Of a stretch of 64,000 bases of DNA, positions 9,100-18,502 are shown piece by piece. Every line of letters starts with the position of its first letter. Position 1 is the first letter of the stretch. The stretch covers positions 18,014 to 82,013 of the forward strand of contig CAZWQX010000001.1 of NCBI GenBank assembly GCA_964635965.1, given 5' to 3'. The position numbers and the translations under genes were made by a program. The notes beneath the pieces were generated by a model. The model was not told where the DNA came from. It saw nothing but the letters and a program-made list of their open reading frames with translations, and made no database searches. The DNA is from an uncultured Cryomorphaceae bacterium (GTDB lineage Bacteria; Bacteroidota; Bacteroidia; Flavobacteriales_D; Cryomorphaceae).

Positions 9100-9146
9100 A
9101 ACGAACAGTTTAAAGGAACCAGTTAAGTTCTCAAGTTTTTGTTAGT

Positions 9147-9512
9147 ATGTCTAAATCGACCAATTCAATCGGCAAACTGGGCGAATCTCTGGCTTCTACG
9201 CATATGGTGGGGCTGGGTTACAAAATTCTTGAAAGAAATTGGCGATTCGGGAAAAAGGAACTCGATATAATTGCTGAAAATGAGGGATTTATAATTTTCA
9301 TAGAGGTTAAAACAAGAGAGCAAGAATTTGAGGATAGATTAGAAGAATACATTAATCGAAGCAAGCAAAAGAACATTATTGATGCCGCAAATGAATACTT
9401 GAGACGACACGAAACAGAAAAAGAAGCAAGGTTCGATGTTATTGCAATTGTATTAAATGGAGGTAATCCAAAAATCGAACACATCGAAGAAGCTTTTTAC
9501 CCAACTTTGTAG
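9147..9512 (+). CDS. YraN family protein
   Basis: GKLGE, ILERNWR, ELDIIA, FIEVKTR, RFDVI motifs. Confidence 0.92.
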   Translation: MSKSTNSIGKLGESLASTHMVGLGYKILERNWRFGKKELDIIAENEGFIIFIEVKTREQEFEDRLEEYINRSKQKNIIDAANEYLRRHETEKEARFDVIAIVLNGGNPKIEHIEEAFYPTL

Positions 9513-9526
9513 TCTCTAACAGAATC

Positions 9527-10489
9527 ATGAACGACAAGAAGAAATACGGCTCGAGGAAATCAGACCCAAAAGAAAGTGGTAAACGAAGGGTGAAGGGAAA
9601 GAATCCTGCTACGAGCAGAGAAGAATACGACAAACGGCACGGTAAAAAGAAATTTGAGCGATCAGCCGAAACCCCAACTTTTCAATCGAAGTTTTCGAAA
9701 AAGCCTTTTTCCCCAAGAAAATTCAAAGGGAAAAAAGGGAGCGAAGTTCTTCCCACTGAAAAAGGTTCGGTGGACGAAAGAATACGGTTGAACAAGTACT
9801 TGGCCAATTCGGGAATTTGCTCCAGACGCGACGCCGACGAATTCATCAAGTCAGGCCTGGTAGAAGTAAATGGTAAAACCATCACGGAGATGGGATTTAA
9901 GGTGCAACTCGGGGATGATGTGCGTTATGCAGGAGAAAGAGTCTCTCCGGAAAAACCCGTCTACGTTTTGCTTAATAAACCCAAGGATTATATAACGACT
10001 ACCAAGGATCCGCAAGGACGCAATACCGTAATGAGATTGATCCGTGGTATTGGCAACTATCGTGTTTTTCCCGTGGGAAGATTAGACCGCAATACAACCG
10101 GGCTCTTAATGTTCACCAATGACGGTGATCTCGCCAAGAAACTCACCCATCCAAAACACAACGTCAAGAAACTCTACCATGTGCATACTGACAAAAAAGT
10201 CAAACAAGAACATTTGCAGGCACTGATAGAAGGAGTAGAACTTGAAGATGGCACGATGGCGGCCGATGTTGTATCATACGTGGGCGATGGAACGGACAAG
10301 AGACAGGTAGGAATTGAGATTCACAGTGGGAAGAATCGAATTGTCCGAAGACTTTTTGAGAGTCTTGGTTACAAGGTCATAAAACTAGATCGGGTTGTTT
10401 TCGCGGGGCTAACTAAGAAAGACCTACCGCGTGGAAGATGGAGGCATCTAAATCCCCAAGAGATCAACTATCTGAAAATGCTGAAATAA
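9527..10489 (+). CDS. rRNA pseudouridine synthase (RsuA/RluB/RluF family)
   Basis: S4 domain RLNKYLANSGICSRR, catalytic GRLDRNTTGL, GKNRIVRR. Confidence 0.93.
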   Translation: MNDKKKYGSRKSDPKESGKRRVKGKNPATSREEYDKRHGKKKFERSAETPTFQSKFSKKPFSPRKFKGKKGSEVLPTEKGSVDERIRLNKYLANSGICSRRDADEFIKSGLVEVNGKTITEMGFKVQLGDDVRYAGERVSPEKPVYVLLNKPKDYITTTKDPQGRNTVMRLIRGIGNYRVFPVGRLDRNTTGLLMFTNDGDLAKKLTHPKHNVKKLYHVHTDKKVKQEHLQALIEGVELEDGTMAADVVSYVGDGTDKRQVGIEIHSGKNRIVRRLFESLGYKVIKLDRVVFAGLTKKDLPRGRWRHLNPQEINYLKMLK

Positions 10490-10534
10490 TCAGATGAAAA
10501 TCGGCGTTTTCGATGAAATGCTAATTCAGGAATT

Positions 10535-13147
10535 CTGAATCGAATCATCAAATATCTCTTCGCCGTAATTCTGATTCTATCGGGTTTACTTGTCGCCGCC
10601 TATGTTCTTGCAAAAAAGTACGAGCCGGAAGTAAGGGATGCCCTGGTTTATGAGGTTAATAAACACTTGGCCGTCCCTGTTGATGTAGAGGATATCAACC
10701 TAAGTTTGGTCCAGAAGTTCCCATATGCATCTCTGCGCTTCAGCAAGGTTGTAGTCCCGGAAGTGAATGTCGATTCACCTGATACCTTGTTATTCGTCGA
10801 AGATCTTTATCTGCAAATTGGACTACTCGATTTTTTCAGCGGAGACTATTTTGTCTCTGAAGCGGAATTCAACGGCGGATTCTTCAGGATGAAAACTTTG
10901 GAAGACGACTCAAAAAATTATGTTTTCTGGAAAACATCAACAGATTCAAGCGAATCACAGGTGAACCTATCGAATATCGAGTTAAAAGACTTTACCTATC
11001 AATTGACTCACAGAAACGATTTAAGTCTTTCCGTTACAATAGAAAAAGCGGATATCAATGGGGACTTCTCTGCGGAGGAGGTCGAATTGAATTCAGATTT
11101 GGATCTAACTCTCCTTTCCCTTGTTGTAGACCAAAAAGAACTGTACACAAATACGGAAATCTCAGGAGGAATCCTCTTTGCTTTCGGCTCGGAAAATGAG
11201 GTCTATACGTTCCAATCAAACCAGATCGAAATTGAAAATGAATCCTTCTCTCTGAACGGTCTTTATTCCAATGAAGAGATCTCTTTTTGGAAAGCGAGTT
11301 TAATAGGTGATAAGGTTAATGCAGAAAAATGCATGAATCTTATTCCGCTGGAAAGCAGGGAATCCTTGAAGAACTACGAAGTAGAAGGAAAAACAGGGCT
11401 CAATATTGACCTCGGTTCTAAAAACGGTTTCAGCGTGTTGGTTGATATTGATAATTTCAGAGGAAAGCTCAATCGAACTGGAACTTCAGCCGAGCTGATC
11501 CTGAATGGCTATTCAGGAAGTTATGCCCTCAATGACTCGAAGAGCAATCTTGATATTAAGAGACTCGATGGACAAATTGGTCCGGGAAAATTTTCGGTAA
11601 AGGGAGCGATCCACTCGTTTACCAGACCACGTTTTGACCTAGACCTTCAAGGGAAATTGGAACTCGATGAATTAAAAGACTTCCTGAATATCCAATTCGC
11701 CGAGAAAATGGAAGGAGAAGTAAACTTTGATGGGGTATTATCGGGAGATATCCGCTCCAATAAGGTGGATAACGTCACTTTGCTCAAAGGAATCAACTTC
11801 AAGGGCGACATAGAATTAAAAAATGGGATTCTTAAAATCAGAGATCACAACCAGTCATTTACCGATGTCGAAGGACTTCTTGAGATTGCCGAAAATGCAG
11901 TTGTGGCCAACAGGCTTTCAGGTAAGTTAGGAAGTAATTCGTTTGTCTTAGAAGGTAAAATTGATAATGCTCTTCCCTTTTTAACAGGAGAAGGAGAAAG
12001 CATTTACGTTACCGCAGATCTGAAAATGCCCGTCTTAAAATTAGAAGAAGTTCTTTCTTCTTCTAGTGACGCTGAGTCTCCACCGAGCTTGAGTTTTCCT
12101 GAAAAGGTAGGATTTAAACTAGGGGTGGAAATCGGAGAAATCACATATAAATCCTTCAAGTCTTCTCAAATTACCGGGATAGCCACCTATTCGAATGGAC
12201 TATTTAGTCTGAACCCTGTCTCGATGGGATTCGGAGAAGGAAGTATTCGGGGCAAATTGAAGCTGAGAGAAATCGAAGGGGGATTTGAAGTAGCCTCAAC
12301 CGCGCTGATACAGTCTGTTGAAGTTGACAAACTATTTGAAGGCTTTGACAATTTTGGCCAACAGGTGGTTACCTCAAAAAACCTGGATGGTCAAATAAAT
12401 GCCGACATAACCTTTGGGTGTGTGATGGACAGCTTTCTTAACATCAATAAAGAGAGCATAGGTTCAAATGTAAATTTGACAATTGTCGACGGAAAACTGC
12501 AAAATGTTCAATCACTGGTTGAGGTGGCGGATTATATAAGATCGGAACCTCTCTGGAACACATTCATCAAGACAGAAGAGTTGAAATCCAAATTAAAGAA
12601 TATTGAGTTTGATACTTTCCGGAACAACTTGACCATTGAAAATCAAAACGTTACGATTCCCGAGATGGAGATTTCATCTTCTATTTTAACCTTGACCGCA
12701 TCAGGAGTTCACGGCTTTGACAACTCAATTGATTACTCAATGAGTTTTCGATTAAGCGAGTTATTACAAACGGGAAGAGAGAAAGAAAGTGAATTCGGTT
12801 ACATCGTTGATGATGGAACCGGTTTTAAAATCTTTATAAGAGCTTCAGGAAGTTTGGAAAATCCTGTTTTTAGCAAGGACAAAGCGTCAGCACGTCAAAG
12901 TCGAAAAGAAAAATTTGAGGAAGAGAAACGAAACTTTAAGGGTATCCTAAAAGAGGAATTTGGCTTATTCAAATCGGATACAACTGCAACCCTTCCACAA
13001 AATCAGGTAGACGAACCTGAGCCCTTCATAATGGAAGTAGAATTCGGACCTGGTGATACTTTACCTGACTCAACCCAAACAAAGAAAAAGAAGGGTAAAA
13101 GAAAGAAGGACGATTATGAAGGTTTGGAAGATGATGATGACCTCTGA
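10535..13147 (+). CDS. AsmA-like (bridge-like lipid transfer superfamily) envelope protein
   Basis: Long beta-rich protein with AsmA-like C-terminus (SSILTLTASGVHGFDNSIDY). Frame is open upstream of the TTG call to CTG 10535, adding an N-terminal TM anchor. Confidence 0.72.
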   Translation: MNRIIKYLFAVILILSGLLVAAYVLAKKYEPEVRDALVYEVNKHLAVPVDVEDINLSLVQKFPYASLRFSKVVVPEVNVDSPDTLLFVEDLYLQIGLLDFFSGDYFVSEAEFNGGFFRMKTLEDDSKNYVFWKTSTDSSESQVNLSNIELKDFTYQLTHRNDLSLSVTIEKADINGDFSAEEVELNSDLDLTLLSLVVDQKELYTNTEISGGILFAFGSENEVYTFQSNQIEIENESFSLNGLYSNEEISFWKASLIGDKVNAEKCMNLIPLESRESLKNYEVEGKTGLNIDLGSKNGFSVLVDIDNFRGKLNRTGTSAELILNGYSGSYALNDSKSNLDIKRLDGQIGPGKFSVKGAIHSFTRPRFDLDLQGKLELDELKDFLNIQFAEKMEGEVNFDGVLSGDIRSNKVDNVTLLKGINFKGDIELKNGILKIRDHNQSFTDVEGLLEIAENAVVANRLSGKLGSNSFVLEGKIDNALPFLTGEGESIYVTADLKMPVLKLEEVLSSSSDAESPPSLSFPEKVGFKLGVEIGEITYKSFKSSQITGIATYSNGLFSLNPVSMGFGEGSIRGKLKLREIEGGFEVASTALIQSVEVDKLFEGFDNFGQQVVTSKNLDGQINADITFGCVMDSFLNINKESIGSNVNLTIVDGKLQNVQSLVEVADYIRSEPLWNTFIKTEELKSKLKNIEFDTFRNNLTIENQNVTIPEMEISSSILTLTASGVHGFDNSIDYSMSFRLSELLQTGREKESEFGYIVDDGTGFKIFIRASGSLENPVFSKDKASARQSRKEKFEEEKRNFKGILKEEFGLFKSDTTATLPQNQVDEPEPFIMEVEFGPGDTLPDSTQTKKKKGKRKKDDYEGLEDDDDL

Positions 13148-13217
13148 GAAAGATTTTTAATTTTGGATCAAAATGTCGCCTATCGGATAGTTCTACTCAG
13201 TTCTTGAGCTTAATCGA

Positions 13218-14726
13218 ATGAATCTATACTCTCGGAAGCAACGTTGGAAGGCAGTATTGCTGATCGTTGCTGCGGTGATCGTAGGCGTTTCTCTTTGGTA
13301 TTCCAACTACATCGTAAACAAAATACGCGAAGAAGAACGACTTAAAGTCCAGCTATGGAGCGAAGCCGTGCAACGCAGATTGTCTTTGATCAATTACACG
13401 GAAAATCTCTTCTCTGATATGCGTCGCGAGGAGCGAAACAAGGTTGCGGTATGGGCTCAGGCCACGGGAAGGATAACTGTAGCTGACGATAGTGAGTTGC
13501 CCTTTTTACAAAACATCATTCAAAACAATACCACCATTCCCGTTGCGGTGGTAAACGCCGAAAACGAAGTTCAATTTATCAGGAATCTCGATGAAGAGTT
13601 TATCTCAACTCCTGAGAAGAAGGATAGCACACTTTCGGCAATGCGCGCTCAATACAGGCCAATTCCCATCAGTATTATGGGGATTGAACAGAAAGCCTAT
13701 TACAAGGATTCTCGAATTATTACCGAATTAGAAAAAACGCTGGATGATCTTATCAATTCATTCATCAGCGAAACGGTGATGAACTCAGGCTCGGTGCCGG
13801 TCTTGGTAACCGACTCCTCCGGGGCTAATGTGGTAAGCTTTGCCAACATCGATTCTACTGCAGTATTTGATTCTACTCAGGTGTCGGTTCTTATTTCGGA
13901 TATGTCCGAAAAGAATGAACCTATACAAGTTACGTTTGGCGACCATGTGGTAAACTACATTTATTACACGGACTCAATCATCATCACTCAGTTGCGATAC
14001 TTCCCTTTCATCCAATTGGTGATCATTGGTTTGTTCCTCTTCATATCATACCTGATTTTCAGCACCTTTAAGAATGCAGAGCAAAATCAAGTCTGGATTG
14101 GGATGGCCAAAGAAACGGCACACCAGCTAGGTACGCCGCTTTCCAGCCTTATGGCTTGGGTGCAATTGCTTGAATCACGCGGAACCGATCAAGAAACAAT
14201 CGCCGAGCTCAATAAAGATCTCAGGAGATTGGAAATGATAACTGACCGTTTTTCCAAAATAGGTTCAGCACCCGAGCTAAAAGAAACGACGATCTCAGAT
14301 GTAATGAATCGAACCATTGATTATCTGCGTCCTCGTATCAGCAATAAGGTGGTCTTTGAAATCAATCAAAATCAAGCGGGTGAAGTCAAGGCAATGATTA
14401 ATCGTCCGCTTTTTAGCTGGGTAATTGAAAATGTGATTAAAAATGCCGTCGATGCAATGAACGGCAAAGGAAAGATTACAGTTGACATTTCAAATGAAAT
14501 CCAGACAGTTTACATCGATATAACTGATACCGGAAAAGGAATCTCATCTTCCAGTCATAAAGCAGTGTTCCAGCCAGGCTATACCACGAAGAAACGCGGC
14601 TGGGGATTAGGTCTTTCGCTGGCCAAGCGCATCATTGAAAATTACCACAACGGTAAAATCTTCGTTAAGCGAAGTGAAGCAAATGCAGGAACGACTTTCC
14701 GTATTGTCCTGAAGACCAATAACTAG
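13218..14726 (+). CDS. Orphan sensor histidine kinase
   Basis: H-box ETAHQLGTPLS, N-box ENVIKNA, DTGKG, GYTTK, GWGLGL; two TM helices flank the sensor. Confidence 0.93.
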   Translation: MNLYSRKQRWKAVLLIVAAVIVGVSLWYSNYIVNKIREEERLKVQLWSEAVQRRLSLINYTENLFSDMRREERNKVAVWAQATGRITVADDSELPFLQNIIQNNTTIPVAVVNAENEVQFIRNLDEEFISTPEKKDSTLSAMRAQYRPIPISIMGIEQKAYYKDSRIITELEKTLDDLINSFISETVMNSGSVPVLVTDSSGANVVSFANIDSTAVFDSTQVSVLISDMSEKNEPIQVTFGDHVVNYIYYTDSIIITQLRYFPFIQLVIIGLFLFISYLIFSTFKNAEQNQVWIGMAKETAHQLGTPLSSLMAWVQLLESRGTDQETIAELNKDLRRLEMITDRFSKIGSAPELKETTISDVMNRTIDYLRPRISNKVVFEINQNQAGEVKAMINRPLFSWVIENVIKNAVDAMNGKGKITVDISNEIQTVYIDITDTGKGISSSSHKAVFQPGYTTKKRGWGLGLSLAKRIIENYHNGKIFVKRSEANAGTTFRIVLKTNN

Positions 14727-15863
14727 GTGGCAGGAATTTACATTCACATACCTTTTTGCAAACAAGCTTGCACCTATTGCGATTTTCATTTCTCAACTTC
14801 TCCGAAGCTTATGAGTCGAGTGACGTCTGCTATTTCAAAAGAGGCAGAGCTCAGAAAAACGGAGGTTTCAGGTATGGTTAATACCATTTATTTCGGTGGT
14901 GGTACTCCGGGAATTCTCCCTGATGAAATCCTGGAAACAATATTCGATTCCCTGAGAAAAAACTTTTCGATCTCTGAACAAGCCGAAATCACGCTAGAGA
15001 CTAACCCCGACGATGTGACTTTTGAGAAAGCGCGTTTCTGGAAGGAAATGGGTGTCAATCGCTTGAGTATCGGAATCCAAAGCTTTTCCGATGAATACCT
15101 CAAGTGGATGAATCGGGCGCACAATGCTACTACAGCTGAAGCGTGCATTCGTATCGCTCAAAAATCGGGATTCGACAACCTAACCATCGATTTGATTTAT
15201 GGTCTCCCCAATCTGTCAATACAAAATTGGAAAAAGGATATTGAACGAATAATAAATCTTGGGGTTCCTCATGTTTCTTCCTATTGCTTAACGGTTGAGC
15301 CTAAGACGGTCTTGGCGCACAACATCGAAAAGGGCAAGGACAAGCCCGTTGATGATCAGGCAGCGGCTGAGCAATTCAAGACCCTTCAGGAAGTTTTGGA
15401 TAAAAATGGGTATCACCAATACGAGGTGAGTAATTTCTCTTTACCAGCCATGGAATCAAAGCACAACTCAGCTTATTGGAAAGGAACTCCATATGTCGGT
15501 CTTGGTCCATCTGCTCATGGTTTCACGGGCTCATCGAGATATTCTAACATCGCTAATAACGCTCGCTACTGTGCTGCAATAGAACAAAATGAGCTTCCTC
15601 AAGAAGTAGAGCTTCTATCCAAAGAAAATAGATTCAATGAATGGATAATGACACGATTGAGGATGACTGAAGGTATTTCCCTCACTCAGGCCAAAGCCGA
15701 GTTTGACGTGAATTTGCAAGAGGACTACCAAGACGTAATCAATCGAAGAATTTCTCAAGGCCATTTAACCCTGATGGAAGGGCGAATAAGACTGACCAGG
15801 GAGGGTTTGTTTTTTGCCGACGGGATTGCGGCCGAATTCTTTATTTTAGATCATGAAGATTAA
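14727..15863 (+). CDS. hemW: Radical SAM heme chaperone HemW (HemN-like)
   Basis: YIHIPFCKQACTYCDF, GGGTP, YEVSNF, HNSAYW; GTG start. Confidence 0.88.
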   Translation: MAGIYIHIPFCKQACTYCDFHFSTSPKLMSRVTSAISKEAELRKTEVSGMVNTIYFGGGTPGILPDEILETIFDSLRKNFSISEQAEITLETNPDDVTFEKARFWKEMGVNRLSIGIQSFSDEYLKWMNRAHNATTAEACIRIAQKSGFDNLTIDLIYGLPNLSIQNWKKDIERIINLGVPHVSSYCLTVEPKTVLAHNIEKGKDKPVDDQAAAEQFKTLQEVLDKNGYHQYEVSNFSLPAMESKHNSAYWKGTPYVGLGPSAHGFTGSSRYSNIANNARYCAAIEQNELPQEVELLSKENRFNEWIMTRLRMTEGISLTQAKAEFDVNLQEDYQDVINRRISQGHLTLMEGRIRLTREGLFFADGIAAEFFILDHED

Positions 15864-16632
15864 AGTCGACATCAACGGTTCTGAATATTCGGCAAATCTG
15901 AGTGAACCAATAGATATTTCTATTCCCTTGCACCCAGATGGTCCGAGGGCTTGGTATGTAGATCCTCTTTCGATAGAACCCGTCAGAACCGAACGATTTA
16001 CCGGAAGTATAGCAGAAGGCGGCGCGGTAAATTTTCGAAATATCAGCTTTAACCCTCACGGGCATGGCACCCACACAGAATCCGTGGGACATATAGACAA
16101 AGGTGTAACATCAATAAATACGGTGCTAAAGAATTATTTCTTTTTAGCTAATCTGGTAACCATTGAGCCCGAAGTGTGCGAGGTTTCTGACAATAAATTT
16201 CAAGAGAAGGGAGATCGCATTATTTCTAAAAGCCAGCTAACTCTCATTGACCTCGAAGATAATTGTGAGGCCTTGGTAATCAGAACTGTTCCCAATGAGG
16301 CTGATAAAAGATCAAAGAATTATTCAGACACCAATCCGCCATACATAGCTCCTGAAGGTCTTTCTTATTTGAGAAATTCAGGGATCAAACACCTATTGAT
16401 TGATCTACCATCGGTTGATCGTGAAGTAGATGGAGGTCTCTTGAAGGCACATCACGCATTTTGGTTTGGCGAAAGGAGTGACGATTCTGAGTGCACGATA
16501 ACTGAAATGGTATACATTGAAAACGCGATCAAAGACGGGACTTATCTTTTGAATCTACAAACAGCTCCCTTCGAAAACGATGCCACCCCTTCACGACCTT
16601 TACTCTTCAAACTATCCAAACATGCACATTGA
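15853..16632 (+). CDS. Cyclase family metal-dependent hydrolase (kynurenine formamidase-like)
   Basis: HGHGTHTESVGH, IDLPSVD, ITEM, LQTAPFENDATPSRP. Confidence 0.82.
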   Translation: MKIKVDINGSEYSANLSEPIDISIPLHPDGPRAWYVDPLSIEPVRTERFTGSIAEGGAVNFRNISFNPHGHGTHTESVGHIDKGVTSINTVLKNYFFLANLVTIEPEVCEVSDNKFQEKGDRIISKSQLTLIDLEDNCEALVIRTVPNEADKRSKNYSDTNPPYIAPEGLSYLRNSGIKHLLIDLPSVDREVDGGLLKAHHAFWFGERSDDSECTITEMVYIENAIKDGTYLLNLQTAPFENDATPSRPLLFKLSKHAH

Positions 16633-16969
16633 CGAATTCCGCGAATACTGTCTAAAGCGACAGGGAGTAACTGAAGAGTTTCCCTTTGACAATTCTACAT
16701 TGGTTTTTAAGGTGAAAGGAAAAATGTTCGCATTATGTAATGTAGAGCGTTACGAAAGCTTTAACCTCAAATGTGATCCGGAAAGAGCAATTGAATTGCG
16801 TGAACTCCATCCTGATTTGATAAAACCAGGTTACCACATGAGCAAAAAGCATTGGAACACGGTAAGCGCTGAGGGCCTCCAACCAAAACTTCAAAAAGAA
16901 CTGATCGACCACAGCTATGATCTGGTGGTGGCGAGTCTACCAAAAAGGGTTCAATCTGAATTAAAGTAA
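16622..16969 (+). CDS. MmcQ/YjbR family protein
   Basis: FPFD...VFKVKGKMFAL, NLKCDP, PGYHMSKKHWNTV, LIDHSYDLV; start set at ATG 16622. Confidence 0.9.
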   Translation: MHIDEFREYCLKRQGVTEEFPFDNSTLVFKVKGKMFALCNVERYESFNLKCDPERAIELRELHPDLIKPGYHMSKKHWNTVSAEGLQPKLQKELIDHSYDLVVASLPKRVQSELK

Positions 16970-16978
16970 ATTTGAATC

Positions 16979-17566
16979 GTGAAAAAGAACTCACTCATCA
17001 AGAGCCTTTTCGGATACTTCTTTAGAGGACTGTTACTAGTGGTGCCAGCCACTGTAATTATCTACATCATCTACCAATTATTCATCTTTTTGGATCAGCT
17101 CATCCCAATGGAGATTCCAGGCTTGGGTCTATTGGTTTTGCTTTCAGGAATTACCGTGATGGGGTTTTTAGGCTCAACTTTCATCGCTGAACCAATCATT
17201 CGAAGGGCAAATCGAATTCTGGATAGAATACCTTTGGTCAAGACCATTTACACGGCAATTACCGATCTTCTTTCGGCTTTCGTAGGTCAGAAAAAGAGCT
17301 TCTCACGCCCTGTCTTGGTGAAACTGAATAGAGAAAGTGAAATTGAGAAACCTGGATTTATTACCTGCGAAGATTTGGAAAGCCTTAACATAAAAACGGG
17401 AAAAATCGCGGTTTATCTACCCCACAGCTACAACTTTTCGGGTAATATTTTCATTGTACCTATTGAAAACGTGACACCGGTAGAAGCAAACACTGCAGAA
17501 TTCATGAAATTCATCGTTTCAGGCGGGGTAACTGATGTAGGCAAAAAACAAGATGAAGCGAGCTAA
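16979..17566 (+). CDS. DUF502 domain membrane protein
   Basis: GLLLVVP, IPLVKTIY, VYLPHSYNFSG, FIVSGG. Confidence 0.85.
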   Translation: MKKNSLIKSLFGYFFRGLLLVVPATVIIYIIYQLFIFLDQLIPMEIPGLGLLVLLSGITVMGFLGSTFIAEPIIRRANRILDRIPLVKTIYTAITDLLSAFVGQKKSFSRPVLVKLNRESEIEKPGFITCEDLESLNIKTGKIAVYLPHSYNFSGNIFIVPIENVTPVEANTAEFMKFIVSGGVTDVGKKQDEAS

Positions 17567-18470
17567 ATTCGGAAATCTCCTCCTGCTCCACATTGTGGTT
17601 TTCATCTTTGGTTTTACGGGAATTCTCGGAAAACTTATTGAAACAGATTCGGATATTCTTGTTTGGTGGCGGATGTCAATAGCAGCCATTGCCATATCCA
17701 TCTATGCCTATCCTGCCAAAAAAATCACCTCCTCCATTTGGCAAAATTCACCAACTTATCTGGGAGTTGGGTTTATTATTGCCTTTCATTGGATTACATT
17801 CTTTCAAGCAATCAAGATTTCAAATGTCAGTGTGACCTTGGCCTGCCTCAGCTCCGCTTCTCTTTTCACCGCCGTTCTGGAACCTCTGTTCTTTAAGAGA
17901 CGAATTGATTTGGCGGAAATACTCTTCGGAATTATGGTAGTCGCAGGTCTCGTTCTGATTTTCAGCTTTGAGTCTGAATACACTGAGGGAATAATAATGG
18001 CACTGGTGTCGGCCTTTCTGGCCTCGCTCTTTACCGTTATCAATGGCCGTTTGATCCAAAAAGACAATCCATATCGAATCAGCCTGGTAGAGATGATAGG
18101 AGGAGTGATAGGTATATCGATTTGGCTGGGTTTCTCAGGGAAACTCGGGGTAAATATGATCGATATCCCCGGGGCCGACTGGTTTTGGATCCTGATTTTG
18201 GGAATAATCTGCACCGCTTTTGCATTCGTTGCAAGTGTCAAAGTGATGGAAGAATTAACTCCCTTTACTGTTTCGCTCACCATCAATCTGGAACCTGTTT
18301 ATGGGATTATTCTGGCATTCCTAATTTTCGGATCCAGCGAAGAAATGACCCCGGGATTCTATATTGGAACCGTACTTATTTTAGGTGCCCTTTACCTCAA
18401 TGCCCTGAACAGAAAAGGGAAACTCCGAATACGCAAATCGGCAGCAAGTCAAAAAACAAACCATACCTGA
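17553..18470 (+). CDS. DMT/EamA family transporter
   Basis: About ten TM helices in two EamA repeats (HWITFF; NLEPVYG). Confidence 0.88.
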   Translation: MKRAKFGNLLLLHIVVFIFGFTGILGKLIETDSDILVWWRMSIAAIAISIYAYPAKKITSSIWQNSPTYLGVGFIIAFHWITFFQAIKISNVSVTLACLSSASLFTAVLEPLFFKRRIDLAEILFGIMVVAGLVLIFSFESEYTEGIIMALVSAFLASLFTVINGRLIQKDNPYRISLVEMIGGVIGISIWLGFSGKLGVNMIDIPGADWFWILILGIICTAFAFVASVKVMEELTPFTVSLTINLEPVYGIILAFLIFGSSEEMTPGFYIGTVLILGALYLNALNRKGKLRIRKSAASQKTNHT

Positions 18471-18502
18471 AAGCGTTAACTTCGTATTAAACCAAACCAG
18501 CC

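Noticed and set aside
15853-16632. Cyclase-family gene as the missing tocopherol cyclase
   Set aside because: Its motifs are those of the metal-dependent kynurenine formamidase-like family, which is unrelated to VTE1.
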